A DNA stretch of 64,000 nucleotides. Source: Pavona decussata (lineage: Eukaryota). Position numbers and translations under genes: made by a program. Location of the stretch: contig CDRNST010000308.1 in assembly GCA_977016875.1 (NCBI GenBank), positions 310,001 through 374,000 on the forward strand. The letters run 5' to 3'. The notes below the pieces were generated by a model. The model did not search any database, was not told the DNA's origin, and saw nothing but the letters and a program-made list of their open reading frames with translations. Shown here piece after piece: positions 38,619 through 49,580 of this stretch; position 1 is the stretch's first letter; each line of letters opens with the position of its first letter.

Positions 38619-38974
38619 TTTACAATAAAAAGGGCCAAAAAATGTAACTATTTTATGTCAAGACAAGGGCACCTTGCTCGACAATGAACTGACGTTACGT
38701 GTTTATTGCCTGCAGGAGACTCGATTGAAGAGCGATTGAGAGTTGCCAAGGTTACATGCATTCAAAAGATGTATCACGAGGTGTTGTTTGTTTAATGTGA
38801 CGTCGGCGTTAAGAAAAATATAGCCGTAAATCCAGGAAAAAAACGAGCGTTTTGTCGTTATTAGAACATCACTATTTATTTCCATAGACATGAATGGGTT
38901 AGATTACTTAAGATTAGACAGGGCCCTTTTGAAGACCATCTGTCAGTCATTGAATTTTAGATAAAGCTTATAAT

Positions 38975-40812
38975 AATCGATTAGTATGTTTTTCATCCTA
39001 ATACTATACACTCTCAATTTTTCTCGCTTTTTTAGAGTTTTTTAGTTTAGCCTAATTTTCATCATAATATTAAAAACGCTAATTTTTGGCTTTTTGTGGC
39101 TTTTTTGGAGTGACGATAGTGTTGATATTGGAGTGATGATAGTGTTGATAGTGGAGTAATGATAGGCCAATTTTCATCACAATACTAGACACTCATTTTC
39201 GTCTTCTTTCCCCCTTTTTGAAGTTGATGATGGTGTTGGCTTTAAAGGAGAACGGAAGCTGAAAATGGAACGTTCTTTACCTGCTTAACAATATGCACAT
39301 TAATCAAATATCCCAATATTTTAAGGTTTACCTACCTTTTAACCTCATAATGATAACGAAAAGTTCCACGCTGTTTGTTTTGAAGGCTTGGATACTTAGC
39401 ATTACGTCACTGTACTCACTTGCAGACGTTCGTAAATATAATCATAGACACAGAAAAAGAGATGTTCTGTTTGACAAAAGCGTAAGGGGGTTCGATTGGC
39501 TACAAGAGCATTTAACCTCCAAGATCAGGGTTCGAAACAAAGGCGAAAATAGCAAGTTGACGAAGTTAATATGAAATTTACATACTTGTTTTTATTTCTT
39601 GCGGTTTTCTCGTCACGCGCACTTGACTAAACCCGACGATGGCATTCTCTAATACTTCTCTTTGTAAGCTAACCCTTTGAAAGCTAGGATGCTGTGTTAT
39701 ACAGCGAAAAGGCGGATCAACTTCCACATCAAAGCCAAATATTAAACGCAAAATTTAAGTTAATGTCACGGTCACGCAAAAATAGCAGCAAACAACAGAG
39801 TCACTTCTTTAATGAGTCTAGGATTTTTTAATATCTCTTGAATAAAAAAATGTTCAACTGAAATTCTATTCACAGTTTCATCGATCTTCTGGCCTGAACA
39901 TAAACATTCACCTTCTTATTGCCCTTCCCAGTTTTTACAAAGGTCATAACTGCACCACGTTGTATTTCCTCTTCTCGGTTCTTCACCTTCACTTGCTTCG
40001 TCCGCCGAACTGGAGTTGTTTCGCATTGGTTCAAAAAAATAAGGTTCGAATTCGGCTGTTGCCGTGCATTAATGGACAATTTATATAAATAAAAACAGCG
40101 ACCATACACACATTTTAGTAAGGAAACACACTCGCACCGCATCGTGAAGAATCGCATGAGCGCAGTGACGTCACAACATGGCGACTGGCATTCCTTTTTT
40201 GGAAGTAACCGGAAAAAAATGTGCAGAAAATGGCGGACATTCAACATCGCAGAATGAGTAAGAATTAGCCCAGTTTTTAGCGCGCTAACAAAACATTACT
40301 TTTTTGTTGTTTCTTAAAATTTAATGCTATTTCCGCGAATTTCGGTTGTATATATAGTCTTCCGTTCTCCTTTAACTCAGCTTAATTTCCTTTTTCGTCT
40401 TTTCTCGCCCTTTTGGAGTGATGGTAATGTTTCCATTAGCTTAATCTATTTTTTATCCTTATACTATACACTCTAATTTTGGTCCTTTAGTCGCTCTTTT
40501 GCGATGTGATGTTGGTTTTGGCATTAGTTTCGCCAAATTGTCGACTTTTTATCGCTAATGTTTTGAGTAATGGTGGTGTTAAATAACGTTAGCCGTAGCT
40601 TAATCTAATTTTCCCCCTAGGACTATACACTCAAATTTTAGGCTTTTCTGGCTTTTCTGGCGTGACGGTGGCGTTGGTATTAGTTTAACTTGATTTTTAT
40701 CCTTATACTATACACTCTAATTTTGCGACATTTTGTCGCTAATATTTGGAGTAATGGTGGTGTTAGCCGTAGTTTAGTCTAATTTTCCTCCTAGTACTAT
40801 ACACTCAAAATT
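38975..40812. repeat. Degenerate tandem minisatellite split by the Kolobok-like element
   Basis: Recurrent TACTATACACTC...TTTGGAGT(G/A)ATGGT...TAATTTT units on both sides of the insertion. Confidence 0.75.
39246..40371. mobile_element. Non-autonomous TTAA-target DNA transposon (Kolobok-like)
   Basis: TTAA|AGGAGAACGGAAG ... CTTCCGTTCTCCT|TTAA: perfect 13-bp TIR with TTAA on both sides. Confidence 0.85.
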
Positions 40813-41503
40813 TCATTGTCATTCTCGTCAGGGGCACAGTGAGTAGACCCGGTAGAGAGTTCAAGAAACGTTAAACAATGCACGAGGAAATTTAAGGGTA
40901 ATGGTGATTGGGGAAGTTTAAATAACTTCAGGGTGAACCTCTCTACCACTCGTTTCAAACTGTGGCACCACAGCTGGCCCTGCATGCCTAAACTGACAGT
41001 TATCATTTTATGTATTTTGTCCGGTGTCTGCAGAAGAAGAGTTCCTACTTATCATTAAATACAGCTTGATTAAGGTTCCACACCGTAAGGTTCCACTGAT
41101 GCTTCAAGTTTTCGCCAATCCTCGTTATCATCTGTGTATATCAACTTTCCATTTTGAAGGCTCTTTAAGATCTCGGTCGTCATTAACATTTAACTACGTT
41201 TCAGTTTACACAATAAGCAAAAATACTTAAAAAAGCCTTACTCAGGCAAAAATGCAATCGTCTGGAAGAGAAGCAGATCGGTTGACTCATCTTTCAATAC
41301 AAAATTTTTAGTGCTTCATATAAATTTCCAGACTCCTTAACTTGTGGCCGACTAAACTTCAGAAGGAAAAACATTTAAAAGAAATTCGTTAGTTAATGAA
41401 GCAGAACGACAAACGTTAAACAACAAATTTATTTCAGTTGTTATCAGAATATTAGCAGAGCATCTCGTGGCGTCCCAGACAGATCCACATCCTCACCTGA
41501 AAG

Positions 41504-41761
41504 ATGAAGCCACATTTCTGGTTGTCGGTTGCGTTTCTGATGTCCCGGATCGGTCTCATTGAAGCCGCTGGTCAATGTCGCGCGGGAGATACCACCGTTA
41601 ATGGAATGTTCCTCCAAGGTCACACGTTTAAAACAGTTCAGGCTGGAAATCCTGCGATATGCATGATGAGATGCGAGGAAGAGGTCAGATGCCAGAGTTA
41701 TAACTTTGTCATTGGTCCAAATATTTGTGCGCTGAACGACAGAACAAAAGAAGCCAGGCCT
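41504..41761 (+). pseudogene. Truncated copy A of the PAN/apple secreted-protein gene (signal peptide + most of PAN exon only)
   Basis: MKPHFWLSVAFLMSRIGLIEAAGQC...CQSYNF...CALNDRTKEARP, then homology to copies B and C breaks off at about 41761. No splice donor, and exons 2 and 3 are absent before the next copy. Confidence 0.85.
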
Positions 41762-42053
41762 CAACGCGCAAAACGTGACGACATAGAACGCAGACCCACA
41801 ATTGCATTATTCATTACTTATTACTCTTGAGAACTCAGACAGAAAGGACATTTCAGACGACACATGGCCGTTATTTTGGACGAAACCTCTTTGACGCATT
41901 ACCGATGACATTTGGTCTTTACAGGCTAAGTTACTCACAAAACTGTCTTGGTATTTCATCTATTCAGTTTTTCATCCACTGTTATTATATTAGATAAGAT
42001 TATTTGCATATTTCAATCTTGTTTATAAGACTGTGTGTCTTATTGCATAAGCA

Positions 42054-45000
42054 CAAAATGACTAGCTCCCAGTTGGCTTGCGCACCCGGAATCGCAGAGA
42101 TCCTGTGTTCGACTCTCGTTCAAGCCTGAATTTATTTAAGGCTTTCGTTTTTTGTACATAGCTGGAATGGTCCTTAATCTATTCAGTCTTTCACCCGTTG
42201 TTGATATATTAATGATTATTAATGTATTTTACTCTCATTTATAGCATTAGCAATAGACCATTCTGGATCAAGTTGCTAATAACCTCATTATGAAAAAGAG
42301 GTTTCGTGCGAAGGACCATTCTAAAAGGCCTACACTAAGATACGAACGCTTGTCACTCCAGATTGCTGTAGGTTGGGTATTACAGTTTATGGTTGAATGG
42401 CCTCCCACACACTTTGTCCAAGGGAAAGAAGTATATGCTTTTACATACTTCATACATTATGGGTACCTTTGACGGACTAACATCTCAATAAGGATTTGGG
42501 GGGGGGGGGGGGAAGCTGTAATGACCACCCACTTGGCTACTGAAGTCGAAAGGCAACGGGAGTCTTGAGTAATCTAGTTTCCAGAAATCTTCTTTACTGT
42601 GCTATCATCTGACGCTACACACACTAAAATAACCAGAAATACGTGACTCGCAAAACCTCGCGAAGCTGGGGCTGGGTGGAAAGCCCTCTTTACTCGTATT
42701 GTAGCATCAAATGAGGAGATTAAAAGGGGCATAGGAATTTTTTTTGATGAGCATGGTCTTTTCGTAGTTCCACAGGCTAGTTTGCGGTTGAAAAGCTATT
42801 TCTGACGCCACGTAATGTACAACAGGCGTGCAGCGCTGTCGAGTTCGATGAATTTATTTCCCACGGAAAATTATTTTACCGCGACCACAAAACGTGTAAT
42901 TTCTTCAATGCAATCTTGCACAAAAAAGATTTCTAAAAGAAAGGGAAAAGATTCTGGAGAGATAGTTCTGTATCCAGTGAATATTGATGAACATTGCAGT
43001 TGAAATTTGATCATGCACGCATATTTTTTCTGATGTATGCAAATTTTGCTCCAGACGACGCCAGACAGTCTGGCGTCATTCATACTTTGTTTTTTACTGT
43101 TGCCAGGCAACAGTGCGGACACCTTCAAAGATATAAACATATACACATATATATAAATATATTTTTCGCTCGAATTCGCGCGGCTTAGCTCCGCTCGGGC
43201 CGGCTCGGCCCGACAAATTTATTAACCTCGCTTCGCGAGGAAAAATACAGAGTTAAACTTGTCTGGCTAAGTTTTAGTTGTGCAGACCTAGAAGACATTT
43301 CCAGAAGGCATGGTCGACGGAAGAAGTTCCTTAACCCGATATGCTCGTTACTTGGGTCCTTTTTTTTTTTCAAGTAAAGCTAAAGCTATAGACTCAGCCT
43401 TGCCTTGATATTAGATAGAGCGCATGTCAAGCGTCGCTGAGATGCAGCCTTAGCGTGAAATCGTTTTCTGCAGTGAGTGACAAAGGGTTGGCCGTAACAG
43501 CTAGTATGAGAATCTCTGGTTTATTTCGCTTTTGTATCCTCTTCCTATAGATCTCTCAGCATTTAAAGTGTTTCAAAGGTTTTTATATTCCTTGCATTCA
43601 ACTTTGAAGGTGCCGCCGTGTTAAAGAGAACCGGTCCAAAGGCATGAAAAGAATATCGGTGAAAGTTGCTTTGAGAATTATATTGGATACGATGCACTGC
43701 ATGCGAGATGTGCCTATATCTTGTCAAATGGGAAGTGGAGAGACATTTTCTATTTTTATTCCTTATCAACGGGTGTATATAAAGAGAGAGTCTGAAAAAC
43801 ACGAAATTGAAAATGAGGGTCTCAATGGGTGATAGCTTTGACGGTTGACAGTTACATTTTAATATTGACTTTTCTGTTTTTTAATATTAAAAATTGTGTT
43901 CTAGAGGTTAGTTTGTGGTCAGAAAATAGTTATCAATGCAGTAAATTATTAAGTGGCAAAGACCATAAAGTCTATATATTTCGGAACATGCAGGAAATTG
44001 GTTTACCAGTTAAAATGATTCTTTGAGAGCCAGACGTCTGGCTGACGGTTAAACCCATTAAGACGCTCGAAAATGTGTCTAGAAAGTGATAATTTTAGAC
44101 ACGATATTGAATACTCTTGTTATTTTAGTCACCATTCAGCAGGCTGAAGGAAGTTCACTCCTTTGAATAAATATTATCATTCATTATTTATCGTTTAAAA
44201 ATTACTCGAAAACTCGGCCTCAATTGTGAATTAATTGTTTTATGTTTGGGTCGGATAATACACAATTATTAGCAGCGAAACTACTCCTGCAGGGCGTCTG
44301 CTGTGACCCTTTACATGAAGAAATTGAAATATCCTGTTTTCCCCCGCCTCCTGCCGCCTTAGGGTTCAGTAGGGAAGCGTCCTCTATCGGTTCTTTCGCG
44401 AGTCTCTAGCGCACTAATTCTTTATCACATTTATTTATTTATTATTTAAATTCCCTTACTTTATATTTAAAACTTCGTCTGATGATTTCACAGATTTTGC
44501 CGAAATATAAACTTATTCTTCGTTTCCTGTTTTCGGTTTTTGTGTTTTGCCTACATTGGAGACAATACACTGAATACACGATATCACCTTTATCATTAAT
44601 TACTGAAAATAATCAGCTGGAAATGGAATTCTAGCTGGATCATATTGGAAAGTTACCTTGTATCCAAGGAATTATAACGAAAACGAATTTAACTTCGGCC
44701 AATAAGAGCACCTTTATTGCTTTGACGCGAGTGAAAACAAAATGATATGCATAAATTTGACACAGTCAATATGCAACAAGGAAGTAACTTTATGTGGTAT
44801 TTAATTCCTCCAGCATTTTGGCGATATCTCCCCTGTCATTCTCATCTCTCCGAAATTTTCTTTCCTTTCGACATTCTTAGCGCTGAAAGGTACAAAAGAT
44901 AGCTCGAGTCATATTTTGACGGTCACTGCTGTCTTAGATCTCCAAAGCCTTTTCAGTGGAGTAACGGATACTGGTGAGTGCGTTTCCATTTCTGTCGTGT

Positions 45001-45842
45001 TAAACCTCGAAACTGATTTTCGTTTCACTTAACTTAGTTCCACAACGATAGTTCACTTACTTTAAGATTTTTTAAAGCCTTTAACTTTTGGATTTAGTGT
45101 CAATAGTACTTTCGGTTATTTTCAGGCGTATTTCTTCCATCCCATTCTTTTCTGTCTCTCTTTTATCCTCCATGTGGTCCGTGTGGCTCGGGGAACCCAA
45201 AGTATATATTTCAAACCCAAAAAAGTTTTATCTTTCAAGGTTATTCAGCTGAAACTAAACTGAATATTGTATCTAATGATAATTTTAATCTCTGCGTAAT
45301 ATGGAAGTCTGTTCATGGTGCCATGAGGACGCCGAAACGTTGTAAATGTGATTCTACCCGTAATTTTCATAATCAAATTATCATTATTACCACTATTACT
45401 ATTATTAATATTAATATTTATCTATTTATTTATTTATTTATTTATTTGTAACTGTAAAGTAATTGCACCATCTTGATCAATCTCCTATATGTCTTGTGCC
45501 ATATATAAAAGCCCCTGGCTTCGGCATCTCAATTTCGATTTATTACTTATTACTGTGTACTCTCTCGTATGATTGTTATGAATAAAGAGCATTGCGAGTT
45601 TGCCTGTGTCATTACCGAATGATAAATCATTCTCATTTGTTCACCAGGCTTAAAATATTACATTCACATTTCCTTTCATTGCGCATATGCCACTCAATGA
45701 CATTCCAATCCTAGCAGTATGCAGGATGTTTGTCCCATGAACCTAGTTTAATGACCTTAGCTCCCACGAGTCTTCTGTAGCTCAGTGGCAGAGCATGCGA
45801 ACTAGTAGTCGGAAGGTCTTAGGTTCGACTCCTGATAGGAGC
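42054..45842 (+). repeat. Segmental duplication, copy 1 (paralog of ~49581-52734)
   Basis: Colinear blocks; 44005-45307 is nearly identical to 50371-51675. Copy-specific indels. Confidence 0.95.
45771..45842 (+). tRNA. Duplicate tRNA-Thr(AGT)-like sequence fused to PAN copy B
   Basis: Paralog of 52663-52735; its 3' flank and terminator are replaced by PAN exon sequence. Confidence 0.5.
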
Positions 45843-45872
45843 GTCCCAGACAGATCCACATCCTCACCAAAG

Positions 45873-48107
45873 ATGAATCCACATTTCTGGTTGTCGGTTG
45901 CGCTTTTAATGTCCCGGATCGGTCTCATTGAAACCGCTGGTCAATGTCGCATGGGAGATAACTCCGTTAATGGAATGTTTCTCAAAGGCCACACATTTAA
46001 AACAATTCAGGCTGGAAATCCCGCAATACGCATGATGAGATGTGAGGAAGAGGTCAGATGCCAGAGTTATAACTTTGTCATTGGTCGAAATATTTGTGAG
46101 CTGAACGACAGAACGAAAGAAGCCAGGCCTGAGGACTTCATACCAGATGATCAACGAATCTACATGAGGCGCACATTCAACCGAGGTGATAATTACAAAA
46201 ATTGTATGTTGCTTGATCACGTGGTTAGTGTACCCTGGTTAGACAGAAATATACTTTCTCTTACTCTCTCTCTCTCTTGACTTGTTTGTGTTAAGTTTTA
46301 TTCATACCTTACGTGCAGTTAACAGTTTGGAAAACATATATCAATCAGGGTTTCGATCGAGTCATGGACCTTTTTCATAAATTGCGGCCGATTTATCATT
46401 CCTTTCAATATGTGTTAATTAGCCCTACTAACCTCGTTTTAGAGTAAAAATTCCATTGAATTTTGCACATGCTAACGAGGCTAGTAAGGCTAATTTCTAT
46501 GAAAATAAAAGAATAATTTACCGGCTGCCATTTATGACAAAAGGTCTCTTGCAACACCACAGTTTTACTTGATGCTACCAATCAGTGATACTTCAACATT
46601 GACAATGGTTTAGTCACCTCCGTTGGTTTTCTTGATCAAAGCTTTTGACACGATCGATCATGGTATTTTAATGGGTAATTAAGTCTTTTCGGCGTTTAAA
46701 ACAATTCCATTTGCTGGTTCAAATCATATCTCACCATCCAGCAACAGAGACGCCGAGTTTAAAAAAGTATACATTTTTTTGTGGTGTACGTCAGAGATCA
46801 ATATTAATGCCTTTACTTTTGTTATATACATTTAAGACTTTCTTTGTATTGCGGCTCTTTTAGTACTTTAGAAAAAGCGATCAGTAATGAACTAGTCTCT
46901 ATTGGTTTGTAGCAAATAAATTGAGCCTAAACGTCGTTAACTCTATCTAGACTTTTGGCTTTTTTTTCTGTGTGTGTTCTGGGACCCGTGGGACATACGT
47001 CCTAAGATGTTTCGTTTGAGGGTCACAACAGGTAATGGTGACGTCGTAATTACGTCATGATTTCCAAATGGCGACCATCTTGGATCTGTCATCTTTTATT
47101 TTTTTGTGGATTTCCCCAAAACTTCTGAAATTGAACGAAAAATAATCAAGCTCAATATGAGCTAAAACATTACAGTAAGAGTGAATTAATTGTCATGGTA
47201 ACATCAAAGTTAAAGAACACTTACCGACCACAACAAACCCAATAAACAGAGTTTTAAGGCCAGGAGTGGATATTAGCGAAAAACATATTTGACAATAATA
47301 CTGGTGCTGAGTGTTTGCTTCGAATTACTCATACTTCTTGGTATCGCATTCATTCTTTTATTACGCAGAGCGATTAGGCTCAATTCAAGATCTTCCTGCC
47401 GAGTCATGTAGCGAAATCAAGGCAAGTGAAAGAAACAAAATGGCTACCAGCGAGTACTGGATATACTCCGATGGAGAGCCTGGTCAGGCAATCCTGGCTC
47501 GATGCGATGGTACTATATTTAAAGTTTTACATATCAGTAGTAAGGTCTTATGTTCCTGTTGGTTTTGTTCAGAGCAAAAATAACGGCAAGAAAAATTGCT
47601 TTCAATAACATTGTTAATAATTTTTTTTCACTTTCAGACGTTTGGCAAAAAATCAACACAGATCCTGTTTGCTTTGGAGCTCGAAATAACTCTTATGGAG
47701 CCTTCAACATGACAAAGACTGGGAGTGTCAAGACCATGAAGCTCGTTTACAAATCAGGTTCGATTCGCTGCAACCAAAACGGTGATTCATATTGGGGGTG
47801 CAATAGAAATCGAAAGTACGCCAATAAGAGTTTGACAATCATAACAAATACTCACATGACAGCCCTTCTGCCAACCATTGAAGACTTGGAAAGATTGGAG
47901 AGTCTTTGTCAAGGTAAAAAGCATTTCTACAACGTCGAAGGAATTGGGCATAAATCACCCGAGCTGGTGTTTCGCAACCTTCCACGCCCATTGTCTTTGT
48001 CACGATACCAGGAGTTGCAGATATGGTATGGGCAGGACTGGGTAGACTGTTCAGAGGACAACAACAGTGGTGTTACTTGTGTTGATGTTTATGCGTGGTA
48101 CATATAA
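45873..48107 (+). CDS. Secreted PAN/apple + fibrinogen/COLFI-like N-module + uncharacterised C-terminal domain, copy B (307 aa); exons 45873-46185, 47369-47509, 47638-48107; possibly a decaying copy
   Basis: Open spliced frame with phase-1 GT-AG introns. PAN motif C...CQSYNF...CELN, then PAESCSEIKASE...YWI, ending CVDVYAWYI*. One PAN Cys is changed to Arg and the native upstream region is deleted. Confidence 0.8.
46325..46940 (+). mobile_element. Degenerate L2/CR1 reverse-transcriptase fragment in PAN copy B intron 1, interrupted by a MITE
   Basis: YQSGFRS.H...LLDATNQ*YFNIDNG...FLD..AFDTIDHGIL; a matching remnant lies in copy C at ~54345-54437. Confidence 0.75.
46366..46547. mobile_element. 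Fold-back MITE nested in the LINE fragment
   Basis: GACCTTTTTCATAAAT ... ATTTATGACAAAAGGTC; absent from the paralogous intron of copy C. Confidence 0.8.
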
Positions 48108-49580
48108 ACTTCTGCTGGCATAGAGTCGAGATTTAAAAAAGCCTTGTTGCTCTTATCGAAACCAGAAGCGCGCGGCTCCCTGTTATTTGTAGTTTGAGTG
48201 ACATTTACGTCACCGTTTGGAAATTATCATTAAGTTCAAGTAATTCAGTATATGAGTGCAGTCGGACATTGTTGTATAAACAAGATAAAGACAGTTTTAC
48301 TCAATTGTATCATATGTATCATAACGAGTAGATGCTCTAGCAGTGAAGTGCGACGGTAGCCATATTTGTTTTACTCAAGTTACACTTGAATGAGTGTGAC
48401 ATAGCGGGATTGTACTTGTACAGAGTACTAATACACTTCCGAAGCGTACGATGTCCGGATGTTATTTTGTGCATGATTCATGATAATTAGCCAATGCACT
48501 GCATGATTCTAGACTTAAGTTTGTGCATTTAATTCGATTCCTGCAATTTTTTCAGTTTAATTTTATTAATTAAGTAATCTCACATTTTGTAACACATATT
48601 ATACAGTGGTATAGTCAAAAAAGGGTAGTTATAGTTCAAGTTGAAGAAGTTATCCTCTACTTTGAATAAGCTAATTGTCACTGAATCGTCATGCATCGCT
48701 CATCCGCATTATCTCCTCCAATACTTTTTCCACTGTAAGAAATACATAATTTTGTCAATTAATTAAAAGGAAATAAAATAATCGTTAATAAATGAAACGG
48801 TGACAAAACACATACTTGCAAAACATGGACCCAAGCACACTTTGGAACAATTCTTCAGTCACCCATTAGACGTGAGACTCATGCAAAATGTGTGACAAAT
48901 ATGGTGAGCATAATTTTTTATCCATTTAGGTCAGTGATACGTTGGAAACACGATCGAAAAACTACTTTTAATGACATGGAACCTTCATCTCTGAGGCGAA
49001 CCCGAGCCACACTGGTGAGAGGCGAGCGAGTGTCACCACTACGAACGCCGGTTGTAAATGAAGTGTCTGTTCCTTAACCCTTTTTTACCATTTTCGACCA
49101 GGGGGTATTCCCCTCCCGCCTCCATAAATTCGCAACTAGAGAAGCTACGTCCAAGGATGTTTCCTTTGAGGTCCCAAACGGAAAGTAATGATGTCATATG
49201 ATGCGGTAATTACGTTATAATTGCGAAAAGGCGACTATCTTGGATCCGCCATCTTGGATTTCTGGATTTCCCAAAAACTATTAGAAAGCGCCGACACTAA
49301 GCAAACAGTAATCAAAACCAATAAAAGAACACTAATATGAGCTAAAAACGCAAAAAAGGCTTCCATTTTCTCCAAAAAAAACTGCCTGTCAATTTTTCAT
49401 GTATTTCTAGTTATTTAGCGTTATATTACAGTTTACGTATATGTATATACAGTTTGTATTTATACACAGTGTTTCTTTCTTCAACCTGAAGTTCTTGTTA
49501 ATTGCCTGGTTCTGGATTTTGGAGGGTTCAGGTCTCCTCCAAAAGAAAAGGGGGTTTTCCTGACGAGCAGTAGGCACGAA

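Noticed and set aside
38975-40812. Spaced repeats as a CRISPR-like array
   Set aside because: Eukaryotic context, the units are degenerate along their whole length, and there are no unique spacers or cas genes.
38618-41504. Functional coupling of the globin and PAN clusters
   Set aside because: Adjacency alone is not evidence in an animal genome; conserved synteny or co-expression would be needed.
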